From an uncultured Kiritimatiellota bacterium (GTDB lineage: Bacteria > Verrucomicrobiota > Kiritimatiellia > RFP12 > UBA1067), in NCBI GenBank assembly GCA_934635045.1, contig CAKTZA010000003.1:13143-77142 (forward strand): a stretch of 64,000 bases of DNA, in the 5' to 3' direction. The notes beneath the pieces are model-generated. The model saw nothing but the letters and a program-made list of their open reading frames with translations, was not told where the DNA came from and made no database searches. The translations under genes were made by a program, and so were the position numbers. Below, piece by piece: positions 56,996 through 64,000 of this stretch (its first letter is position 1; each line of letters begins with the position of its first letter).

Positions 56996-58065
56996 TGAAC
57001 ATGAAGATGATGGGCGCCGCGCTTCTCGCCGGTGCGATGGTGGCTGGGTGCGCGCAGAAGTCCGAAGACGGCGACGTGGCGCTGAAGGTGAACGGCAAGA
57101 CGCTGACGAAAGCCGAGATCGCGGCGGAGGTCGAGACGCTCGTTGCCGCGCAGGGCGACAAGATCGCCTCGAACCGGCTCGCGTACGTGCGGCAGCTGTA
57201 TGCCAACCAGATTGCGCAGGGCTTCATCGAGGATAACGTGTTCGTCGCCAAGGCCAAGGCCGAGGGCTTTGCCGTGACGGACGAGGATCGGAAGGCGCGC
57301 GAGGCCGAGTTCCTGAAGTCGGTGGCGAACATGCCTGACGCGCCGAAGACGATGGAGGAGGTCTTCGCGAAGTACCCGTTCGGCGCGGAGCGCGCCCGCA
57401 AGCGGTTCGAGGGCGGCATTCTGATCGAGAAGATGGTCCGGAGCTACCAGGCCAAGCAGGGGAAGAAGGACCGTTCGGCCGAGGCGCAGAAGCGGATTGA
57501 CGAGATCGTCGAGAAGAACAAGAAGGCCGCGACGGCCGAGGCGGACGCGCTCGCGAAGATCAAGGGCTTCAAGGCCGAGCTCGACAAGACGCCCGCGAAG
57601 GACGTGCCGGCGAAGTTCGCCGAGCTCGCGAAGGCGAATTCGGCGTGCCCGTCGTCTGCGAGAGGCGGCGACCTCGGCGAGTTCACGCATGGGCAGATGG
57701 TCAAGGAGTTCGACGAGGTCGCGTTCAAGCTGCCCGTCGGGAAGGTCTCCGACCCCGTCAAGACGCAGTTCGGCCAGCACCTCATCCTCGTGACGAAGAA
57801 GACGCCGGCCGTCGAGGCGAAGGGCGAGGCGCCGGCGACGCCCGAAAAGGTCCAGGCGAGCCACATCCTCGTCAAGTATGAGGGCGTCCAGCCCGTCCCT
57901 GAGAAGGAGCAGGTCTTGAAGGCGCTCGAGCGCCAGGACGACTTTGCCTTCCAGCAGCAGTTCGTGCTCGAGCAGCTTCGGGCGGCGAAGATCGAGGCTT
58001 CCGAGGAGTATCGGCAGCTTTTGCCGCCGTCGGACGAGCCGGTTGAAAAGCCCGCCGAGAAATGA
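56992..58065 (+). CDS. Parvulin (PpiC)-type peptidyl-prolyl isomerase lipoprotein (SurA/PrsA-like)
   Basis: Lipobox [11 protein letters not shown]. Rotamase core [46 protein letters not shown]. Confidence 0.8.
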   Translation: MMNMKMMGAALLAGAMVAGCAQKSEDGDVALKVNGKTLTKAEIAAEVETLVAAQGDKIASNRLAYVRQLYANQIAQGFIEDNVFVAKAKAEGFAVTDEDRKAREAEFLKSVANMPDAPKTMEEVFAKYPFGAERARKRFEGGILIEKMVRSYQAKQGKKDRSAEAQKRIDEIVEKNKKAATAEADALAKIKGFKAELDKTPAKDVPAKFAELAKANSACPSSARGGDLGEFTHGQMVKEFDEVAFKLPVGKVSDPVKTQFGQHLILVTKKTPAVEAKGEAPATPEKVQASHILVKYEGVQPVPEKEQVLKALERQDDFAFQQQFVLEQLRAAKIEASEEYRQLLPPSDEPVEKPAEK

Positions 58066-58071
58066 TATACT
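58063..58071 (+). promoter_or_regulatory. Extended -10 promoter (TGaTATACT) overlapping the PPIase stop codon, upstream of the small basic protein gene
   Basis: gagaaaTGATATACT lies 34 nt upstream of ATG 58106, with GGAAGAAAAG in the leader. Confidence 0.45.
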
Positions 58072-58105
58072 ACACACCCATTGAATTTGAAAGGAAGAAA
58101 AGAAA

Positions 58106-58261
58106 ATGAGCCAGCATGCATCTCTTAAGGGTTCCGGCAAGATCACCTCGAAGCGCAACGTCCTGAAGCGGTTCGAGCGCGTCAACCTCCTCCAGAAGCG
58201 CGGGGAGTGGAAGGAAGGCTGCCGTGGCCTTGGCCTCAAGAAGACCAAGCCCGAAGCCTAA
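58106..58261 (+). CDS. 51-aa small basic protein (PVC-group 'small basic protein' family as I recall it); absent from the ORF track because it is under 60 aa
   Basis: Hand translation: MSQHASLKGSGKITSKRNVLKRFERVNLLQKRGEWKEGCRGLGLKKTKPEA*. It has its own promoter and a strong terminator. Confidence 0.6.
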   Translation: MSQHASLKGSGKITSKRNVLKRFERVNLLQKRGEWKEGCRGLGLKKTKPEA

Positions 58262-58287
58262 GGCAAGTTCCTGCGTCGGGTCAACAG

Positions 58288-58325
58288 GCGCCTGGGGGGC
58301 AAACCTCCGGGCGCTTTCCTTTTTC
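58288..58325 (+). terminator. Rho-independent terminator
   Basis: GCGCCTGGGGG-gcaaa-CCTCCGGGCGC (11-bp stem with two G-U pairs) followed by TTTCCTTTTTC. Confidence 0.6.
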
Positions 58326-58397
58326 GCCAGACGGCGACATCTATATTATTTTGTTATGGGAACTGACTTCCCATAATTGACAGTTCTATGTCACGTG

Positions 58398-58406
58398 TGC
58401 TATACT
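58398..58406 (+). promoter_or_regulatory. Extended -10 promoter (TGcTATACT), 7 nt upstream of ATG 58414 (leaderless LysR gene)
   Basis: cacgtgTGCTATACT acgcggc ATG. Confidence 0.5.
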
Positions 58407-58413
58407 ACGCGGC

Positions 58414-59325
58414 ATGGAACTTAGGCATATCAGGTCTTTCGCAATGATCGCCCGCGAGGGGAACATCTCGCGCGCGGCGAAGAAGCTCGGCATCAGCCAG
58501 CCCGCGCTCTCGAAGCAGCTGGGCGAGCTTGAGGCCTGCCTCCGGCAGACGCTGTTCGAGCGTGGCGCGCGCGCCGTGAAGCTCACGGCGAAGGGCGAAG
58601 TCTTCCGCAAGCGGGCGGACGAGATCCTCTCGCTCGTCGACTGCACGGTGCGTGAGGTCTCGTGCGCGGCCTCGAAGCTGTCGGGGCGCATCACGATCGG
58701 CGCGGCCGAGACGTTCGGCTTCGCGCTCGTCGCCTCGGCCCTGCGCGACCTCAACCGCAAGAACCCCGCCGTCTCGTTCCAGCTCGTCTCGGGCAACGGC
58801 GAGGATCTCGCCACGCGCGTTCAGCGCGGCACGCTCGACCTCGCCGTGCTGATCGGGCCGGGGCGGCTTGACGGCTGCGACTCGCTGTCCCTCGGCGTCT
58901 ACCACTCGCTCGGCCTCGTGCTGACGAAGGACGACCCGCTCGCGAAGAAGAAGGCGATCGTGCCCGCCGACCTCCTGGGGCGTCCGCTCCTCATGCCGCG
59001 CCGGATGCGCATGGCGTCCGAAATCGCGGGCTGGGCGGGCTACGACTACGCGCAGCTGAACGTCGTCGGCACGTTCAACCTGCTGTATAACGCCGCGCAC
59101 GCCGTGGCGGAGGGCGTCGGGGCGGCCGTCTCGATTGACGGGCTCGTGCCGGAGATGCTCGCGAAGCGGCTCGTGTTCCGTCCGTTCGAGCCGGAGCTCT
59201 TCAGCGAGGTCTACGTCGCGTGGAAGGAGGGCGCCGCACTCGCCCCGGCTGCCGCCGAGCTCGTGCGTCTCCTGCGCGGCCGCGTCAGGGAATGTGCGGG
59301 CCTCGAAGACTTCAAGGAGAGTTAA
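58414..59325 (+). CDS. LysR-family transcriptional regulator
   Basis: MELRHIRSFAMIAREGNISRAAKKLGISQPALSKQLGELEACLRQTLFERGARAVKLTAKG plus a substrate-binding domain. Confidence 0.9.
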   Translation: MELRHIRSFAMIAREGNISRAAKKLGISQPALSKQLGELEACLRQTLFERGARAVKLTAKGEVFRKRADEILSLVDCTVREVSCAASKLSGRITIGAAETFGFALVASALRDLNRKNPAVSFQLVSGNGEDLATRVQRGTLDLAVLIGPGRLDGCDSLSLGVYHSLGLVLTKDDPLAKKKAIVPADLLGRPLLMPRRMRMASEIAGWAGYDYAQLNVVGTFNLLYNAAHAVAEGVGAAVSIDGLVPEMLAKRLVFRPFEPELFSEVYVAWKEGAALAPAAAELVRLLRGRVRECAGLEDFKES

Positions 59326-59351
59326 GGTAAGTGTCTTATGAGAAGAGATCA

Positions 59352-59513
59352 AACTCCGATCCGTGTGGCTCTCGCTACCGCTCCGCAGAATAGGTCGCCG
59401 AAAGGCAACCAATTCCCTGAAAACGGTCTGAAAAACGATTGTTTTTGGGGGTGGCTTCTGCGAAGCCAATGTCATCCTGCGGAGCGGTAGCGAGAGCCAT
59501 AATCATCGGAGTT
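59352..59513. repeat. 162-nt element bounded by 37-nt imperfect inverted repeats (a 22-nt perfect core); the interior holds further hairpins
   Basis: Left arm AACTCCGAT-ccgtgt-GGCTCTCGCTACCGCTCCGCAG (59352..59388). Right arm CTGCGGAGCGGTAGCGAGAGCC-ataatc-ATCGGAGTT (59477..59513). Internal hairpins are GGCTTC-tgc-GAAGCC and AAAAC-gatt-GTTTT. Confidence 0.85.
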
Positions 59514-59567
59514 GATTACATTTTGCGAAAACATCTTGGTTACAAACAAGAAAGGAACACTCATCAT

Positions 59568-60185
59568 ATGAACCGTAAGGAATTCATTCGTCAGTCAACC
59601 GCGTTCGCGGCGGCCAGCGTGTTCTTGCCGGCCTGTGCGGAGGCGAAATCAAAACAGGAAGGAAGGGCTCCGATGCCCATGAAAGTGAAGAAGGACAAGG
59701 TTCTCGTCGTCTACTTCTCGCGCAGCGGCAACACGCGCTACGCGGCGGAGACGTTCGCGAAGACGTGCGGCGGCGCGAAGATCGTCGAGATCAAGGCCGC
59801 GAAGCCGTATGCGCCGGACTACGGCGACTGCTGCGACGAGGCGAAGCCGGAGTGCCGCGCGGGGACGCTGCGTCCAATCCAGAAGATCGAGGGGCTGGAC
59901 GTCGCGTCCTACGACGTCGTGCTCGTCGGCACGCCGAACTGGTGGGGCACGATGGCGCCGCCGGTGCGCACGTGGGTGAGCGAGAACGCGGCGACGCTGA
60001 AGACGAAGGCGGTCTGCCTCTTCCAGACGCATGGCGGCGGCGGGATGCAGAACTGCGCGCGAGACTTCGCCGTGCTCGTCGAGGGCGCGAACGTGCTGCC
60101 GCCGAAGGCGTTTCTCGGCGCGACCATCAAGGCGGGCTTCGGCCTCAAGGCGTTCGTCACCGACCGCCTCTCTGTCGAGGGATGA
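59568..60185 (+). CDS. Exported flavodoxin-family protein (Flavodoxin_4-like)
   Basis: The start is moved to ATG 59568 (AAAGGAA RBS). Signal/lipobox AAASVFLPACA. VLVVYFSRSGNTRYAAE, VLVGTPNWWGTMAPPV. Confidence 0.7.
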   Translation: MNRKEFIRQSTAFAAASVFLPACAEAKSKQEGRAPMPMKVKKDKVLVVYFSRSGNTRYAAETFAKTCGGAKIVEIKAAKPYAPDYGDCCDEAKPECRAGTLRPIQKIEGLDVASYDVVLVGTPNWWGTMAPPVRTWVSENAATLKTKAVCLFQTHGGGGMQNCARDFAVLVEGANVLPPKAFLGATIKAGFGLKAFVTDRLSVEG

Positions 60186-60192
60186 GTTTTCT

Positions 60193-60388
60193 GACAGGAT
60201 TAACAGGATTGACAGGATTTGAAGGAGAAACACCGATGGAAATGAGTCCGCTGGTGCATACCGTCATTGGGTTGGCGATGAAGGTTCATCGCCACTTCGG
60301 TGCGGGGTGTCTGGAAGAGGTCTAATCAGACACAAGTATCGTTGTTATCACAAGCCCGAAAATCCTGTGAATCTTGTGAATCCTGTCT
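60193..60388. mobile_element. Cassette-like unit: a truncated GxxExxY (PD-(D/E)XK_3) gene fragment flanked by inverted arrays of three 9-nt units
   Basis: Left array GACAGGATT AACAGGATT GACAGGATT (60193..60219). The reverse complement of the right array (60359..60388) reads GACAGGATT CACAAGATT CACAGGATT. The two arrays enclose the fragment at 60236..60325. Confidence 0.5.
60236..60325 (+). pseudogene. 29-codon N-terminal fragment of a GxxExxY-family PD-(D/E)XK protein
   Basis: MEMSPLVHTVIGLAMKVHRHFGAGCLEEV* matches the conserved opening (..IIG.A..VH..LG.G.LE.VY) and stops exactly at the family's GxxExxY motif. Confidence 0.55.
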
Positions 60389-60410
60389 AAAAAACGACGA
60401 AAGGCATAAA

Positions 60411-60704
60411 ATGAAGAAAGTTCTGTTATCACTCACGCTGCTCATCGGAGGAACGGTCATGGCACTGACGGAAAAGGAAAAGGCCCTCTGTGACGTCGCC
60501 GCCTGCACGGCGCGCGGCGAAAAGGCCGTGAAGATGGTGCCGGGTTCGGTCGTCGAGATTCCGGCGAACGTCGAGCACTGGCACGGCGCGGGGCCGAAGA
60601 CGTGGTTCAGCCACCTCGCCATCGAATGCCATTCCGACACGAACAGGAACACATGGCTCGAACCCGTCTCCGACGCGGACTACGCCACAGCGACGAAGGA
60701 GTAA
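60411..60704 (+). CDS. Short cupin-type protein, probably a deletion-fusion remnant (signal-like N-terminus + CMD-like start + cupin C-terminal half)
   Basis: ATG 60411. LTEKEKALCDVAACTARGE resembles the start of a carboxymuconolactone-decarboxylase-family domain and runs straight into the cupin C-terminus PGSVVEIPANVEHWHGAGPKTWFSHLAIE...WLEPVSDADY. Confidence 0.45.
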   Translation: MKKVLLSLTLLIGGTVMALTEKEKALCDVAACTARGEKAVKMVPGSVVEIPANVEHWHGAGPKTWFSHLAIECHSDTNRNTWLEPVSDADYATATKE

Positions 60705-60745
60705 GGCGAAAAGCGTCTGAAACTTACAGGAAACAGTGGACATCA

Positions 60746-60822
60746 CACGGAGTTACGGAGCCACGGAGGAAAGTGCGAGCCGTGCAATCTCTCAAAACTC
60801 CGTGTCTCCGTGCCTCCGTGTG
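60746..60822. repeat. 'Empty' hairpin built from three CACGGAG-type units and their three inverted copies
   Basis: CACGGAGTT ACGGAGCC ACGGAGG, a 27-nt loop, then AACTCCGTG TCTCCGTG CCTCCGTG. It has the same triple-unit inverted architecture as the flanks of the GxxExxY fragment. Confidence 0.8.
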
Positions 60823-60864
60823 AGATTTAGTCGAATACGGACAGACGTGCGTTCGGCGAAAGTA

Positions 60865-60873
60865 TGGTATAAT
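60865..60873 (+). promoter_or_regulatory. Extended -10 promoter (TGgTATAAT) of the nucleosidase operon
   Basis: aaagtaTGGTATAAT lies 33 nt upstream of ATG 60907, with GAGGAAAA in the leader. Confidence 0.45.
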
Positions 60874-60906
60874 TCGCCGGTAACAAGACGTAGAGGAAAA
60901 ACGAAA

Positions 60907-61518
60907 ATGAATTCTATGGAAACGTCCGTGCGCGCGTTTGTCATCGCCATGAAATCGGAAGCGGCGGCGGTGCAGCCGCATCTGAAGCCGACGGATCGGC
61001 TGTACGTCTGCGGCGTCGGCAAGGTGAACGCGGCGGCCGCGACGCAGAAAGCGATTGACGCGGGGGCGACCGAAATCTGGAACGTCGGCGTCGCGGGCGG
61101 ACTGGATCCGTCGATGTCCGTCGGCGCGTGCTACGTGATTGACCAGGCCGTCGAATACGACTTCGACCTTGCACAGGTCAACGGTACGCGCATCGGCGTC
61201 CACAACGAGCGCACGACGCCGTATTTCGCGTGTGCGGCGGACTTTGCGCCGCGCCTGCCGCGCGCGACGCTGGCGACGGGCGACCGCTTCAACGACAGCG
61301 CGGTCGACGACGCGACGCTCGCCGACCTCGAGGCGACCGTGCGCGACATGGAGGGCGCGGCGATCGCGCACGTCTGCGAGACGAACGACGTCCCGTGCCG
61401 GATGGTGAAGTGTTTGAGCGATGTCCGAGGGAAGGGGGCGATGACGGGCCAGTACAAGGACAATCTGGCGAAGGCCCTTTCCGCGCTGTCGGAAACGCTG
61501 AAGGAGATGCTCGGCTGA
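60907..61518 (+). CDS. mtnN: 5'-methylthioadenosine/S-adenosylhomocysteine nucleosidase-family (PNP_UDP_1) protein
   Basis: The start is moved to ATG 60907. FVIAMKSEA, CGVGKVNAAAATQ, ATGDRF, VRDMEGAAIAHVC. Confidence 0.7.
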   Translation: MNSMETSVRAFVIAMKSEAAAVQPHLKPTDRLYVCGVGKVNAAAATQKAIDAGATEIWNVGVAGGLDPSMSVGACYVIDQAVEYDFDLAQVNGTRIGVHNERTTPYFACAADFAPRLPRATLATGDRFNDSAVDDATLADLEATVRDMEGAAIAHVCETNDVPCRMVKCLSDVRGKGAMTGQYKDNLAKALSALSETLKEMLG

Positions 61519-62378
61519 TGGTTGAGCGCCGTGCCTATCTGCTGGACGTGACGGATCGCCGTCCGAACGACGTGCTCGTGCAGGAGCTTGTCGACGTGCT
61601 GGCGCGCTATTCCTACAACGAGTTCTACTGGTACGGCGGTGCGGACGCGCCGTCGCCGCGTCTCTGCGCCTACTGCGAGATGCAGGGACTCGACCTTCGT
61701 GCGCTTGATGCGGACGGCTATGAGAGGCTCTTGCTTGACCCGAAGAACGTGACCGTGCCGACCTTTGCGGCGAAGTCGCTTTGCGGACGCATCGAGGAGA
61801 TGCGCCTCGCGATGGAGGCGGGCGAACGCGCCCTGTGCGCGCGGCGGGCGACGCGCTTTCTCGTGGCCGACTTCTCGGACGGCTACATGTGGCATCCGCT
61901 CTGCGTCTCCCTGCCGGCGATCATTCTCGCGGGCAACCTCATGACGAGCGGCGCGTCCGCCGCGAAGATGGATCTCGAAAAGGAGCTCTGCTCGGTCATG
62001 AACCTGCCGGTCGCGGGGCTTCTCCAGAAGCTCGGTACGCTCTACCTGCGCGGCGGCGCGCGGCGGGCGGACGCCTCCGAGTTCTTCAACATCCTCGCCG
62101 GCGACTGCGGCTATTCGCGGCATCCGGGCCTCACGCAGGCGGTGCTGGACGAGGTTTCCGGCATCTGCCACGGCGTGCGGCTCGCGCTGGAGCGCTGGAC
62201 GGAGCGAAACGACTGGGCGAAGGAGATTTCCTACGCGGCGAACCTCCTCGACTGCGCCTGTCACCGCCGCAACGAGGCGATGCTTCGTGTGCTGCGTGAC
62301 GAGCATGGCCGCCTCTGGCGGCTGCGCTGCGCGCCGGAGGGCCGCGTCGAATCGCTCGCGAAACTGCCGCGCTTCTGA
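61518..62378 (+). CDS. Hypothetical protein (weak GH20-like opening RAYLLDVTDRRP...YNEFYWY)
   Basis: The ATG overlaps the upstream stop (TGATG). It corresponds to the last 286 codons of ORF 61230..62378. Codon usage is typical of the host. Confidence 0.45.
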   Translation: MVERRAYLLDVTDRRPNDVLVQELVDVLARYSYNEFYWYGGADAPSPRLCAYCEMQGLDLRALDADGYERLLLDPKNVTVPTFAAKSLCGRIEEMRLAMEAGERALCARRATRFLVADFSDGYMWHPLCVSLPAIILAGNLMTSGASAAKMDLEKELCSVMNLPVAGLLQKLGTLYLRGGARRADASEFFNILAGDCGYSRHPGLTQAVLDEVSGICHGVRLALERWTERNDWAKEISYAANLLDCACHRRNEAMLRVLRDEHGRLWRLRCAPEGRVESLAKLPRF

Positions 62379-62409
62379 ACGGACGGGCGACGCGCTCGGA
62401 CTTGCGGCC

Positions 62410-63039
62410 TTAGGACAGCAGGCCCTTCTTCTGCGCACGCGCGGCGGCTTCGGTGCGCGAGGCCGCGCCGAGCTTCTCCAGAATGATCTTGATGTGCGAC
62501 TTCACGCTTTCGAGGCTGATGTCGAACTGGACGGCAATGTCCTTGTTGGTGAGGCCGCGCGCGATGGATTCGAGGATTTCGCGTTGGCGCGGCGAGAGTT
62601 CGGGCAGCGGCGGATCGTCCGCCAGGAGCCGCTTGACTTCGGGGGTGATGACCGCCTGACCCTCGGCGACGGACTGGAGAACCTTGAGAAACGCATCGTT
62701 GCCGATGCTCTTGAGCGTCGCGCCCGTCGCTCCTGCGCGAAGCCCCTGCGAGATGTTCTCGGACGAGTTGAATGTCGTCAGCAGCAGGATCTTGGCGTCG
62801 GGGAGCCGCTCCTTCAGCTCCGCCGTCGCCGCAACGCCGTTCTTGCGCGGCATCGAGATGTCCATGACGATGACGTCGGGACGAAGGGCGAGGGCCTTCG
62901 AGACGGTGTCTGCGCCGTCGAACGCCTCGCCGACGACCTCGAAGGTCGGCGTCGAGTTGAGCAGGGAGACAAGCCCCATGCGGACGATGGCGTGGTCGTC
63001 GGCCACGAGAACCCTGATTTTCTTCTTCATGTCAGTCAT
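62410..63039 (-). CDS. NarL/LuxR-family response regulator
   Basis: IRVLVADDHAIVRMGL...PDVIVMDISMP (receiver) and LSPRQREILESIARGLTNKDIAVQFDISLESVKSHI (LuxR HTH). Confidence 0.9.
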   Translation of the reverse strand: MTDMKKKIRVLVADDHAIVRMGLVSLLNSTPTFEVVGEAFDGADTVSKALALRPDVIVMDISMPRKNGVAATAELKERLPDAKILLLTTFNSSENISQGLRAGATGATLKSIGNDAFLKVLQSVAEGQAVITPEVKRLLADDPPLPELSPRQREILESIARGLTNKDIAVQFDISLESVKSHIKIILEKLGAASRTEAAARAQKKGLLS

Positions 63040-64000
63040 GTTCCTTGTCCTTGTCCGTTTCGGCGATGAGCGAGACGGCGGCCCGCATGCCGCTCTGCGC
63101 GCGGCGGGCGAACGTCAGTTCGCCTTCGAGGCTGGCCACGCGCTCGCGGATGCCCTGAAGGCCGAAGTGCCCCTGCGAGACGCCCGGCGCGCACGCGGGG
63201 TCGAAGCCGCAGCCGTTGTCCCGGACGGAGACGCGGATGACGCCTTTCGTCTCCTCGCCCCTGTCGAGGCAGCCGGCGATGCGGAGCGCGGAGGCGTGTC
63301 CGTGGCGGATGGCGTTCGCGGCGAGCTCGCGGATGATGCTCAGGAGGCTGTGTGCGGTGTTGTCCGAGAAGTGGTCGCGCGACACGTTGAACCTCACCTT
63401 CAGGTCGACGTCGTTGAGAATCGGGCTGAGCGTCAGGCGGATGGCCCTGTTCAGGTCGCGCTCCTCCAGCGCCTGGCTGCGCAAGTCCCACAGGCAGTTC
63501 CGCAGTTCCGTGCGGCACGAGTCGAGCGTCTTGACGGCGCGCGTGAAGTGGTGCGCGGCATCGGGCGGCAGGGTGGTGCAGTTCCTCAGGCCCGCGTCGA
63601 TCTCCATTGACACGCCCGTCAGGTTCTGGGCGACGGAATCGTGCAGCTCGACGGCGAGGCGCGTGCGTTCGAGGAACTTGAGGTCGGCCGCCAGGCGCTC
63701 CAGTTCCTCCTTGGCCAGCGCCTTGCCCTGCTTGCGGGCAAGCGTCTGGAGCGACCGGTTCCAGCCGAGGATCGCGCCAAGGCTCAGCACGAGCGAGGCG
63801 ATGACGAGCAGCAGCTTCTGCGGCGTCCACCACGGCAGCTCCTTCACGACGACGATGTCGGCGGGCGTGCGCGCGACGAGCAGGGCTTCCTTGATGTGCG
63901 GAAAGACGTGGTTCGGGCGCCCGTTCTCGCAGTCCATGACGCACGTCGCGGTCAGCTCGATTTCGCAGCCGATCTGCAGTGCGGGCGTGACCGACGCAAG
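63032..64000 (-). CDS. Sensor histidine kinase (HisKA_3 + HATPase_c), N-terminal part outside the window
   Basis: The reading frame stays open upstream of Met 63937 to the window edge. TM segment LLLVIASLVLSLGAILGW. H-box RLAVELHDSVAQNLTG. ATPase motifs LSIIRELAANAIRHG, VRDNGCGFD, HFGLQGIRERV. It overlaps the response-regulator start by 8 nt. Confidence 0.85.
   Translation of the reverse strand, partial: LASVTPALQIGCEIELTATCVMDCENGRPNHVFPHIKEALLVARTPADIVVVKELPWWTPQKLLLVIASLVLSLGAILGWNRSLQTLARKQGKALAKEELERLAADLKFLERTRLAVELHDSVAQNLTGVSMEIDAGLRNCTTLPPDAAHHFTRAVKTLDSCRTELRNCLWDLRSQALEERDLNRAIRLTLSPILNDVDLKVRFNVSRDHFSDNTAHSLLSIIRELAANAIRHGHASALRIAGCLDRGEETKGVIRVSVRDNGCGFDPACAPGVSQGHFGLQGIRERVASLEGELTFARRAQSGMRAAVSLIAETDKDKEHD

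Noticed and set aside
59352-59513. Retron msr/msd or an IS200/IS605 omega-RNA/TnpB guide
   Set aside because: No reverse transcriptase, TnpB/IscB or transposase gene is adjacent. Only the inverted-repeat geometry is reminiscent.

Overview
This is a 64-kb window from a high-GC bacterium: sampled 60-nt lines in the core are roughly two-thirds G+C. Almost all genes are on the + strand. A 51-aa small basic protein, a giant PATR-repeat protein and paralogous secreted glycan-type proteins suggest a PVC-superphylum organism (Kiritimatiellota, Lentisphaerota or Verrucomicrobiota-like); this is an inference.

The left ~9.5 kb is a compositionally foreign accessory island. It holds:
- a 5'-truncated, very AT-rich UvrD-like helicase;
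- a short remnant resembling the N-terminus of an IS200/RAYT-type transposase;
- a tightly coupled three-gene operon: a Schlafen/AlbA_2-HATPase-wHTH protein, a 1365-aa DrmA-like DExH helicase and a DrmB-like DUF1998 zinc-ribbon protein. This is a DISARM core with no PLD nuclease or methyltransferase in view, and it is the best candidate for a non-canonical defence system;
- a frameshifted TSP3 / alpha-beta-hydrolase pseudogene.

The rest is core chromosome:
- ppdK, a uxaB-like gene and trmD;
- a surface/glycan cluster: two paralogous ~1100-1200-aa secreted proteins, a 1692-aa PATR protein, an SGNH esterase, a Cys-phosphatase and a putative glycosidase;
- a partial Tad-like module (cpaB, FHA-cpaF, tadB) followed by BamD-like and LptE-like lipoproteins;
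- tRNA-Glu(UUC), dprA, valS, infA, yebC, pcnB and gatB;
- an HTH-cupin-acyl-CoA synthetase plus an activase/dehydratase fusion;
- mutS, an orphan V-type ATPase B subunit, fhs, recO, a parvulin and the small basic protein;
- a LysR regulator and a flavodoxin;
- a decayed stretch with hairpin cassettes, then an MTA/SAH nucleosidase and a NarL-type two-component pair on the - strand.

Four signals cut across the window:
1. A recurrent extended -10 promoter motif (TGnTAnAnT) sits 6-7 nt upstream of several start codons, which implies leaderless mRNAs.
2. A family of in-frame G-tract or polypurine microsatellites lies inside ORFs, including essential valS.
3. Two copies of a ~58-nt GC-rich palindromic element are inserted in frame in valS.
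4. A ~235-nt AT-rich but homologous, in-frame patch lies inside gatB.

All calls rest on reading the sequence and the ORF translations. No database search was run.
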